In this document: positions 1-7,626 of the stretch, piece by piece | How positions within the stretch are numbered: the stretch's first letter is position 1 | Layout of the letters: each line of letters starts with the position of its first letter | From: Fibrobacteria bacterium | GTDB lineage: Bacteria > Fibrobacterota > Fibrobacteria > UBA11236 | DNA: 10,831 bases | Reading direction: 5' to 3' | Assembly: GCA_043732185.1 (NCBI GenBank) | Contig: JAYTHY010000083.1 | Span: forward strand, 1-10,831 | Notes under the pieces: model-generated | Databases searched by the model: none | Told to the model about the DNA's origin: nothing | Seen by the model: only the letters and a program-made list of their open reading frames with translations | Position numbers and translations under genes: made by a program

Positions 1-321
1 TCGACCAGGAAGAACTACTCCATCAGCACGTCCTTCCATGGCTGGTTTTATTGGGGCGGATGGGATTTCAGCAATAAAGGTTTCGCCGCCTACTTGGATT
101 TCATCGCCCTGAACCAGCAGGTGGTCGGCCAAGAGCATCCCATTGACGTCCACGGTGCCATTCATCGCCATCAACTTAAACTGCCCCGCTTGCCTCAGGA
201 TCTGAAAATGGATTTTACGTATGGCATCACCTTTAAGGAGGAGATTGTTGACCATGCCGGTTCCAGCCGTAAAAACGTTATGCAGCATGACATGCGTTTC
301 GCCCGTACTTTTGTTCTTTAG
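1..321 (+). CDS. Partial CDS (C-terminal 106 aa), hypothetical protein, possibly an outer-membrane beta-barrel
   Basis: Frame 1 is open from base 1 (STRKNYSISTSFHGWFYWGGWDFSNKGFAAYLDF...) to TAG at 319-321, so it extends upstream of the track ORF at 94. It is aromatic-rich with alternating beta-strand-like segments (YSISTSF, MDFTYGITF, HDMRFARTFVL). The function is inferred. Confidence 0.6.
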   Translation, partial: STRKNYSISTSFHGWFYWGGWDFSNKGFAAYLDFIALNQQVVGQEHPIDVHGAIHRHQLKLPRLPQDLKMDFTYGITFKEEIVDHAGSSRKNVMQHDMRFARTFVL

Positions 322-323
322 AA

Positions 324-1907
324 TCAAAGCTTGCCCACCCTTTTCTGAAAATTGAAAACTGCCGGTTCTCCGCCACCAATGGATATTGAATCCCGTAAAA
401 CGATGTGATTGGCAGCATCCTGGATTTCTAATAGATGCCTGCTCACGGGAAGATGTATTTCACCTTCAATGGGGTGTTGGACGCCGTTAATCAACAAGCG
501 ATAGCCTTTGGGCAGACTGGAAACGACCAATACCCCATAGGGTCGCAGCGAGGGCAACGGTGATTTAGTTGAGGGCAGCTTGGTATTTGTCACCCCCAAA
601 GATCCATCATCCTTGGCCAACTGAGTCATTTCCCTTACCATTAGGTCGCGCCCCATGTCCCCGGATTTGGTATGATTCTGGAAATAAAATATTGTTCCAA
701 TGCCCAAGCCAAAAAGAATTACACCAGCAATAATCCAAAATTGAATTTGAACTGGTTGATTTTTATTAACAGCCGCGTCGGTAGGAGATAAGCTTGCAGG
801 CCCGACAAGATTGGACGGTGTTGGTTCAGGCTGGTTGTTGAGTTGAATACCCATTTCCTGGAATTTAGTTTGGGCTTCGGCATCATCCGGATCCACTTCC
901 AAAAGTTCGCGTAATCGCGTGAAAGCTTCATCAATGCGGCCATTGGCTTCCAAGGCATTGACCATGGCCCAAAGCCAGGCTCGCCGCTCGCGATGGATGA
1001 CAACATGTAACGCCTCACGACCTCCCGCAATTGCCAATGTATTGCCTTGCATGGTTTTTAGCCCGCGCAAAAGCGGGTCAAGGGTTTTGGGTCTTTTGTC
1101 CGCAACAGGATTTAAGTACGGCGCCAGCAACGGCTTGACCAATGCAGGCACGCCTTCCATTTCTTCCCAGGGTATGCCGGCTTGGATAAGTCCAACCACT
1201 TGTTCGGAAGATTTTCCCAAATAATAGCGCGACCCTTGGAATAATTCCAGCAGCACCAAGGCTAGAGAATACTGTTCAGAAATCTTTCCAAGATGGCCTT
1301 GACCTCGCAGCAATTCCGGTGGGATATAAGCTAAAGACCCCTTGAGCCCACCCTTTTGTGGATGAACAGGACTTTGATATTGCGTAATGGCCATTCCCAA
1401 ATCCAACAGCTTGATGCGCGCTGTGGAATCGGCCATAAAGTTTTCCGGTTTCAGGTCGCGATGCAGTATACCTTTCATTTGGATGAAATCCACGACCTCC
1501 ACCATTTGGCGCGCCAGATGTACTTTGAGGGAATCCGGCAATGTCGGCTTTGCGGCTCGAGAAAAACCGACTGGACCATCAAGACTGGTTAAATTAACGA
1601 ACGGTAAAGGGAGGTCGGAAATTTTCCCAAGGTCCACCCCATGGACAAACTCCATAACCAAGTAATAGTATTTCCCTTCGCTCCCGTATTCGAAAATTGG
1701 TACGAGATTGGGGTGGATAAGTGAGGCGCATAACTTGGCCTCGCGTTCAAATCGGAAAATATCGTTGGCATCGCCAATGGATGTCAGCTTTAACCGCTTA
1801 ATCGCCACTAATCGATCCAAACTGATCTGCCGGGCGCGAAAGATTTCCGCCTCTCCCCCCTCCCCTCTTAAGGACCAGTCTGAGTAGTCATCGGGAGAGA
1901 AGGCCAT
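324..1907 (-). CDS. Membrane-anchored Hanks-type Ser/Thr protein kinase (kinase, TPR-like hairpin, TM helix, PEGA-like domain)
   Basis: Motifs GEGGEA (Gly loop), VAIK, FEREAK, HPNLV, LVMEFV, HRDLKPEN, DLG, GSLAYIPPE and DKRP. TPR-like GRIDEAFTRLRELLEVDPDDAEA, TM FWIIAGVILFGLGIGTIFYF, and C-terminal GVLVVSSLPKGYRLLING typical of PEGA. The ATG directly abuts the upstream TGA. Confidence 0.92.
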   Translation of the reverse strand: MAFSPDDYSDWSLRGEGGEAEIFRARQISLDRLVAIKRLKLTSIGDANDIFRFEREAKLCASLIHPNLVPIFEYGSEGKYYYLVMEFVHGVDLGKISDLPLPFVNLTSLDGPVGFSRAAKPTLPDSLKVHLARQMVEVVDFIQMKGILHRDLKPENFMADSTARIKLLDLGMAITQYQSPVHPQKGGLKGSLAYIPPELLRGQGHLGKISEQYSLALVLLELFQGSRYYLGKSSEQVVGLIQAGIPWEEMEGVPALVKPLLAPYLNPVADKRPKTLDPLLRGLKTMQGNTLAIAGGREALHVVIHRERRAWLWAMVNALEANGRIDEAFTRLRELLEVDPDDAEAQTKFQEMGIQLNNQPEPTPSNLVGPASLSPTDAAVNKNQPVQIQFWIIAGVILFGLGIGTIFYFQNHTKSGDMGRDLMVREMTQLAKDDGSLGVTNTKLPSTKSPLPSLRPYGVLVVSSLPKGYRLLINGVQHPIEGEIHLPVSRHLLEIQDAANHIVLRDSISIGGGEPAVFNFQKRVGKL

Positions 1908-2591
1908 TCAGGATTCCGATATTTTCTGCAATGCGGTTTCGATGCGCTTGATTATCTCCTGGTTGCCGGGGCTAAGCGTAAGCGCCTGTTTCCAGGTAAC
2001 CAATGCAGCGTCCTCTTGTCCAGACTCCCACAGCACATTTCCCAGGTTGAGATACCCGCTCACAAAGGTCGGGTCAAGCGCCAATAGAAATTCAAATGTT
2101 TCCTGCGCTTCCTTATATTTGGCCTGGCTGTATTCAACTATTCCGGCAAGGTTAAGCACGTATTTATTCTTAGGCTCTTCCCGGCGAGCCTGATCGAGGT
2201 ACTCCTGCGCCAATGCGTATTTTCCTTGCGCGTACAGCTTGTTCGCAAGGTGAAAAAGGGAAATGGCATAGTTCTCACTAAAGGATTCCGCCTCCCCCAG
2301 CCTGGCACAAATTTCATACTCCTTTACCACATCCGTCCAGTCTTCGATTTTATCCTCGTCTCTGGATTTCTTCTTTAAGCACATCTCTTGCAATACCACG
2401 GCATACCCATACCGAACAGTGAATGAGGTAGGATGGCGATCCAACTCCGCCTCAAACAATCGCTTTGCACGGGCATAATCACCCACGCGATAGCTTTCCT
2501 GCGCATGCTGTAAATCGCTTCCGCATCCGGAGACAAATATACTGGTGGCAAAGGCCATGCACTTGAGCCCATTTGCCAATTTGAGTTTCAA
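1908..2591 (-). CDS. Tetratricopeptide-repeat lipoprotein
   Basis: Signal peptide with lipobox VSG-C (Cys23). Several TPR-like units (GDYARAKRLFEAELDRHP, GKYALAQEYLDQARREEP, AKYKEAQETFEFLLALDP, YLNLGNVLWESGQEDAALVTWKQALTLSP). The TTG start overlaps the upstream stop (TTGA at 2591-2588). Confidence 0.88.
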   Translation of the reverse strand: MKLKLANGLKCMAFATSIFVSGCGSDLQHAQESYRVGDYARAKRLFEAELDRHPTSFTVRYGYAVVLQEMCLKKKSRDEDKIEDWTDVVKEYEICARLGEAESFSENYAISLFHLANKLYAQGKYALAQEYLDQARREEPKNKYVLNLAGIVEYSQAKYKEAQETFEFLLALDPTFVSGYLNLGNVLWESGQEDAALVTWKQALTLSPGNQEIIKRIETALQKISES

Positions 2592-4915
2592 TCCAGAATT
2601 GCGAATAGCCTATCCCGGGTCAAGCGTGACTTTTGTTCTTCCACCGCATCACAAGCACGGTCGATATCCACCTGCATGCCGTTTAGTGCTTCCATCAACT
2701 TAAGCTCCAAACCTTTTCCACCTTGCACCTGCCGGACCAATTCGGAAACCTCGTCCATAAAACCGAGCTCACAGCCTTTTTCCCAACCTTTGCGAAGCGG
2801 GATATCCTTGCTCTGGTAAAGCTTTGGAGCCGTATCGCCTCTGGCCCTGAGCTCCATATACTTGCGCTCCACTTGTTCTCTCCAGTTCGGTGGCTGCCGA
2901 AACATTTCTGCCATTCGTATTTCCAATTCTGCCGGCGAGATTCCGGTACTGGTTCGGAAAGCCGCATGTAAAAAGGCACAATAGGCCAGGAATGGATCGC
3001 AGTTTCCCAGGCTTTGTAATCCGTCGGCTTCCGGAAAGGTAAGGCTGGATCCATCGACGTCAAATGGCCAGGAAGAGGACTGTTTCTGGCTAATTTCCTG
3101 GTAGTGTGCCATCAAAATGGAACCCATTAGCAGTTTGAGCATGGACTCGTCCAGTTCCGCGGAGTCTCGCTCACTATCCGCATCGAATACACCACCAACG
3201 CTCAGGGGCAATCTATCTCTTTTACGAAATTGTATAGACTGTAACGATACTTTGAAATCATAAAAAGTCAGGATTAATGCTTCCAGTGAGGCGAGAAAGG
3301 CAGGATAGTCGCGACTAAGAGAATCTTCAATCACATTGGCGACTTCTGCAGATAGGCCAAATTGGGTGCGGAACTCATCCCCGGAAATAAGTTTGGCCAA
3401 TCGACTTGTGCATCGAGCACCAGCGGGAGTAAGGCCGTAGACAAGACAAGTATCGAGAGCGCGAACACGCGCCAGTTGTGCGGCTAATGATTTAAATACC
3501 AGGGATTTGGTAGTGAGTTGTTTGCGCACGCGCCCAAGCACCGTGTCCCAGATTCCAAGAAGGGACTCGTATTGGCTAGTGGATAGCTTTGCCAAAACAG
3601 CGGCGGGCGCAATCAGCTCGGCTTTCGGCAAAGGCTGGTCAACCGTACTCTGTTCGGAAGTAGAAAGGGCTATGGTTTCACCCACTGACATAATGGGAAA
3701 TTGACCGGTTTGCATTTCACCGGCAATGCGACCGGCCCTTTGAATGGCCGTCATATAGTCAAAGCGAACCTGTTGTCGCTCTTGGATAATTCGGTCGGCG
3801 GAACGTCGTTCCCCAAGTAGGAGTTCGTTGAAATGCGCCAGAATACCTTGCACCTGATTATCCTTATGGCGATCCTGTTGCTGCACCTTGTGTACGATGG
3901 CGTCTCCGAGCGTGGACAGAGCCGCCGCCACCGGGCCTTGTGAATTTACCAGCTTAGCTCCGGCCGCCATCACCAGCTCTACAGCGGAATAAGTTCCGCC
4001 TTTGAGTGCGAACCCGTCTTCGGTTAAACTTTCCGGCACAAACAAGGTTAATTCCGATCCGAATACTCCAATATTTTTCAATAACTCAATGAGATCATCG
4101 TGGTAGAGCCCGGTTTCATCCAGAACTAGGTCCTTAACAATGGACATGGTGGGATTGGCCATGCTTCGATTGAAGAGCACGGTACGAGCGCCCAGAAACA
4201 CATCCATAGGACTTACTTGAAATTCCAGGCTGGCCTCCGATTTCTGGTTGAAGCGGGCAGCCAAATCGATCACATGCAATAAAACGCCGATGGATTGTGA
4301 CGGCGCATCGCGCATAGCACCAATCAGCGGCTGACGCGCGGCTCGAGATATCAGTCTAAAAAGATCCGCCAATCCACGCATAGTGGCGGCCTGATTGGAC
4401 TCCATTAGATCCCGATATCTTTTCACCATTCCTGGATCGAAAACTTCGCCCTGTCGACGCCCATGAGTCAGCCTTCTGGCAAAAGCATGGACAGCACTGC
4501 GTTCCGAAGCCGTTACAAAGGTTTGCCTTGTTTGATCAAGGTCGGCGGCCTGACGCATCAGTCCAAGAAAAGAACCGAATTCATAATTTGGATCATTGTA
4601 TTTGAATTGACTTTCCATCTCCGCGATAAATTGATGCGAGGGCGGAGAATGCATGCGGGCAAATTGCTGTTTGCGCATTTGTAGAAACTTATAAGTATCA
4701 TCATCGAGTTTTTGCCATTCGTCGATTTGATTTTCACCCGCGTGCAAATAGTCGGACTGTGTACCGAAACGGATTTGAGAGCGCTTCCGAATTCTTGGAC
4801 CGGTGGCCATCCCTACTTCCTTTGGATCCAGTGCTACCGGAACCGAAGAGGTTTGATGGGATTGAACCGCAGCGTGTCTAATTATTTCCTGAGTATCTTT
4901 TACGCCAATGGACAC
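2588..4915 (-). CDS. Hypothetical protein, ~775 aa, apparently mostly alpha-helical, no recognised family
   Basis: Long uninterrupted ORF. Shine-Dalgarno GGAAGGAG (4930-4923) lies 7 nt before GTG at 4915; the track's TTG at 4918 is only 4 nt from it. The stop overlaps the TPR gene start. No signal peptide, Walker A or other catalytic motif recognised. Confidence 0.85.
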   Translation of the reverse strand: MSIGVKDTQEIIRHAAVQSHQTSSVPVALDPKEVGMATGPRIRKRSQIRFGTQSDYLHAGENQIDEWQKLDDDTYKFLQMRKQQFARMHSPPSHQFIAEMESQFKYNDPNYEFGSFLGLMRQAADLDQTRQTFVTASERSAVHAFARRLTHGRRQGEVFDPGMVKRYRDLMESNQAATMRGLADLFRLISRAARQPLIGAMRDAPSQSIGVLLHVIDLAARFNQKSEASLEFQVSPMDVFLGARTVLFNRSMANPTMSIVKDLVLDETGLYHDDLIELLKNIGVFGSELTLFVPESLTEDGFALKGGTYSAVELVMAAGAKLVNSQGPVAAALSTLGDAIVHKVQQQDRHKDNQVQGILAHFNELLLGERRSADRIIQERQQVRFDYMTAIQRAGRIAGEMQTGQFPIMSVGETIALSTSEQSTVDQPLPKAELIAPAAVLAKLSTSQYESLLGIWDTVLGRVRKQLTTKSLVFKSLAAQLARVRALDTCLVYGLTPAGARCTSRLAKLISGDEFRTQFGLSAEVANVIEDSLSRDYPAFLASLEALILTFYDFKVSLQSIQFRKRDRLPLSVGGVFDADSERDSAELDESMLKLLMGSILMAHYQEISQKQSSSWPFDVDGSSLTFPEADGLQSLGNCDPFLAYCAFLHAAFRTSTGISPAELEIRMAEMFRQPPNWREQVERKYMELRARGDTAPKLYQSKDIPLRKGWEKGCELGFMDEVSELVRQVQGGKGLELKLMEALNGMQVDIDRACDAVEEQKSRLTRDRLFAILD

Positions 4916-4928
4916 CAAATAGCTCCTT

Positions 4929-4955
4929 CCAAACCCTTAACCAAACCTTTAACCA
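4929..4955. repeat. 12-bp tandem direct repeat CCAAACCYTTAA x2 plus CCA
   Basis: CCAAACCCTTAA (4929-4940) and CCAAACCTTTAA (4941-4952) differ by 1 mismatch and are followed by CCA. The repeat directly adjoins the SD of the orphan gene. Confidence 0.75.
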
Positions 4956-4992
4956 CCCGGTAAATTGGGACCGGAAAAAGGCGGAAACCACC

Positions 4993-5022
4993 AAATATAG
5001 CTTCCGGTAACCTACCCCCAAA
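4993..5022 (-). promoter_or_regulatory. Putative sigma70-type promoter of the orphan-TPR-kinase operon
   Basis: GC-TATATT (-10 box at 4999-4994) with a weak -35 (TTTGGG, 5022-5017) at a 17-nt spacer, about 80 nt upstream of the start codon. Confidence 0.45.
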
Positions 5023-5183
5023 CCGCAATTCTAACTCCCTAGAACTCCCTGTAGGGGGCAGGGGGGTTAAATGCGTAAGTGGAGATGGAAGGCCAGCTTG
5101 GCAGGGATTCAAAGTGTCATTTTGCGCAAACCGGTGGCTGGGCGGGACCCTAAGTCTGGACTCCGTTCGCAGGCGCTGCCGGA

Positions 5184-5212
5184 TTGGAAATCCGCTCAGA
5201 TTTGGCTAATTT
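5184..5212 (+). promoter_or_regulatory. Putative promoter of the aroF-helicase unit
   Basis: TTGGAA (5184-5189), 17-nt spacer, TAATTT (5207-5212), 30 nt upstream of the ATG. The inverted repeat CGGATT-N3-AATCCG (5180-5194) overlaps the -35. Confidence 0.45.
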
Positions 5213-5242
5213 GCTTGGTTTCCCACCAAAGTTAGGCCTGAA

Positions 5243-6298
5243 ATGATCATTCCACTAAATGCCCGATTGTCTGCGGCAGAACTCAAGGAACTTGAGGAAA
5301 TCATTGCCGAATTCGGGGCCCATATCCAGCCGATTCACGGCCATGAACGATCTATTTACGCCATTCTTGGAGATGAAACGACCCAGGATTTGATCAACCG
5401 AATTGAAGGCCTGCCTTTTATTGATAGAGTCGATAGGATTCAGGTTCCTTACAAGTTGATGTCCAAGGAAAGCAAGCTCAGTCGACATCGTGTAAAAGTT
5501 GGAAACAAGATTTTACCCGGTGACTTTTGCGTCATCGCCGGACACTGCACCATTGATCCGAAACAAAAAGAAATGTTTTTTGAAACAGCCTTTGCCGTTA
5601 AGGAGGCTGGTGCCGATATGATCAGGGGCGGCGTGTGGAAGCCCCGCACCTCACCTCACTCCTTCCAAGGTGATGCTCGCAGCCTGGATATTTTACTCGA
5701 AGCCCGAGAAAAAACCGGTCTACCCATTAATACCGAAGTCATGGATTTCGAACAGCTCAAGCTTTGCGTGGAAGCCAAGGTAGACTGTCTGCAGGTTGGC
5801 GCCCGCAGCGCTTTGAATTATCGCCTCCTTCAGCAAATTGGTGAAATGACCAAGGACACCCAGATCAATGTGTTGCTCAAACGCAGCATGCACATGGGTC
5901 CAGTATCGGAATTTATTTTAGCTGCCGAATATATTGTGGCCCAAGGCAATCCAAATATCATGCTTTGCCCCCGTGGCACTGTGCCCACCATTGAAGGCTT
6001 CCGCAACGCACCAGACGAAAGCATCACGTTGCTTTTAAAAGATCATACCTGGGCGCCGGTAGTTGTAGACCCTTCCCATAGTGTCGGAAAAGCCATATAT
6101 GTTCCCAATGCCTGTTTGGCCGCCGCCGCTTATGGTGCCGATGGAATTTTGGTGGAAACACATTGCCAACCTAAAAAGGGAACCGGGGACGATCCCAAGC
6201 AAGCCATTACCCCCACGGTTTTGAGTCAGATTATCAAGGACACGCGCCTCATCCACGCCAGCGCCGCACGCTATCTGCCTAGAGCAACGCTTAAGTGA
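5243..6298 (+). CDS. aroF: 3-deoxy-7-phosphoheptulonate (DAHP) synthase, class I-beta with N-terminal ACT-like regulatory domain
   Basis: N-terminal ferredoxin/ACT-like segment ending in PYKLMS. Motifs IAGHC, RGGVWKPRTSPHSFQG, QVGAR, LLKR, VDPSH and VETH. KPRTS distinguishes it from KDO8P synthase (KANRS). Confidence 0.93.
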   Translation: MIIPLNARLSAAELKELEEIIAEFGAHIQPIHGHERSIYAILGDETTQDLINRIEGLPFIDRVDRIQVPYKLMSKESKLSRHRVKVGNKILPGDFCVIAGHCTIDPKQKEMFFETAFAVKEAGADMIRGGVWKPRTSPHSFQGDARSLDILLEAREKTGLPINTEVMDFEQLKLCVEAKVDCLQVGARSALNYRLLQQIGEMTKDTQINVLLKRSMHMGPVSEFILAAEYIVAQGNPNIMLCPRGTVPTIEGFRNAPDESITLLLKDHTWAPVVVDPSHSVGKAIYVPNACLAAAAYGADGILVETHCQPKKGTGDDPKQAITPTVLSQIIKDTRLIHASAARYLPRATLK

Positions 6299-7530
6299 CC
6301 GTCCGTGGCCCTAAGGCCAACCCACAGGATGCCGGCCATCCCTGGTCCTTTCTACCCCTCCAGTATCGACAGGCAATGGATCGCTTGGGTTTTTCGAAAC
6401 CCACCCCTGTCCAATCCGCGAGCTTGCCTAAAGCATTGTCTGGTGAGAGTTTCAGGGTCATTGCCCCAACTGGAACGGGCAAGACCCTGGTTTATCTTTT
6501 GCAAATATGGAACCTTAGCAGGAAACCAAAGGCGAAATCACTGGTCATTTTGCCTACGCGTGAACTTGCCTATCAAGTTTCCCAAATGCTCCAGGATTTG
6601 GAGCCCGCATTGCGGGACGGAATTGCCCTGGCCATTGGCGGACATGCCAAGGACAGTCAACTTCGGCAAATTCGTGAAGGCTGGAATATTTTAATTGCGA
6701 CTCCGGGCCGCTTGATCGATCTTCTGGAAGGGCGCAGCCTTTCCTTGAAGCCAGTAGAATTTTGGGTGCTGGATGAGTTCGACAAGCTGGTAGGCATGGG
6801 ATTCGAAGAGCAGATTGGGGTAATACTCAAACACGTTCCCACCCAGGCTCAAAAAATCCTGCTGTCCGCCACTGAGCAGGAAAGCGGTGCGGCTGAAGCG
6901 TTGGGGCTAACAGGCTTGCAGCAAGTGGCCGTCGAGCGGGAAACGGGCAGTCGCAATATGGAAGAAGCCTTCTTTTTTCTTAAAAGCAACAAAAAGAAAA
7001 GCGAACTTTTGATGCATGAATTGGGACAGACCAACGGCCAGTCCATTGTCTTTGTAGGGAATCGGGATAAGGCCAATCACATGCAAGGATTGCTTCGGCA
7101 TAAAAATGTAGCAGTACGCTGCCTGCATGGGCATTTGCCGCAAGCAGAACGCGCCGCAGCCTATCAGGATTTCAAACAGGGAAAGTTCCGAGTGCTCGTG
7201 GCCACGGACTTGGCCTCGCGGGGCTTGGATATGCCGGAAGTTGACCTCATCGTCAATTACGACCTGCCCAAACATTATAAGGATTATGTCCATCGCACCG
7301 GACGTACGGCTCGCCGAGGAAGGGCCGGTCGCTGCATCAGTTTTGCGGGACCGGATGAATATCTTTCCATGAGAAATCTGGAAACGGAATTTCCTGGGCC
7401 ATTGCCGGTACACCCCGCATTTGCGCAAAGAGACCGCTGGTTTGTGGAAGCCAAGCGCAACCATGACACTGAAATGAAATTGATCAAACGGCAGGAATAT
7501 ATTCGTCGCGAGCAAGGCCTGGAAGACTGA
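6295..7530 (+). CDS. DEAD/DExD-box ATP-dependent RNA helicase (DEFD variant)
   Basis: Q motif FSKPTPVQ, I APTGTGKT, Ia PTRELA, GG, Ib TPGRL, II DEFD, III SAT, IV IVFV, V TDLASRGLD, VI HRTGRTAR. GTGA overlap with the aroF stop. Confidence 0.95.
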   Translation: MTVRGPKANPQDAGHPWSFLPLQYRQAMDRLGFSKPTPVQSASLPKALSGESFRVIAPTGTGKTLVYLLQIWNLSRKPKAKSLVILPTRELAYQVSQMLQDLEPALRDGIALAIGGHAKDSQLRQIREGWNILIATPGRLIDLLEGRSLSLKPVEFWVLDEFDKLVGMGFEEQIGVILKHVPTQAQKILLSATEQESGAAEALGLTGLQQVAVERETGSRNMEEAFFFLKSNKKKSELLMHELGQTNGQSIVFVGNRDKANHMQGLLRHKNVAVRCLHGHLPQAERAAAYQDFKQGKFRVLVATDLASRGLDMPEVDLIVNYDLPKHYKDYVHRTGRTARRGRAGRCISFAGPDEYLSMRNLETEFPGPLPVHPAFAQRDRWFVEAKRNHDTEMKLIKRQEYIRREQGLED

Positions 7531-7626
7531 AAAAGGAACTAACGGTTCCGTTATTAAATTGGAATTGGTAAACATTTCCTATTGAAACCAAAGTCTATCC
7601 CCCCGCTTCCTGGCTATATTGTATTT

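Noticed and set aside
719..4963. Short alternative-frame and antisense ORFs within the minus-strand operon
   Set aside because: They overlap longer, better-supported CDSs and show no recognisable motifs.
4900..5112. 70-aa minus-strand ORF in the intergenic region
   Set aside because: TTG start, no convincing SD, and a low-complexity Pro/Gly/Leu product. It overlaps the predicted promoter and the SD of the orphan gene.
5124..5165. Resemblance to a c-di-GMP-I (GEMM) riboswitch (GCAAACC...GGGACCCTAAG)
   Set aside because: No GNRA-capped P2 stem, GGGACGCAAAG is not matched, and no receptor/P3 stem is visible. A cmscan against Rfam would settle it.
5201..5215. Sigma54-like TGGC...TTGC upstream of aroF
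   Set aside because: The GG-to-GC spacing is 7 nt rather than the required 10.
6907..7575. 222-aa antisense ORF
   Set aside because: It is a shadow of the helicase gene, with no motifs or RBS.
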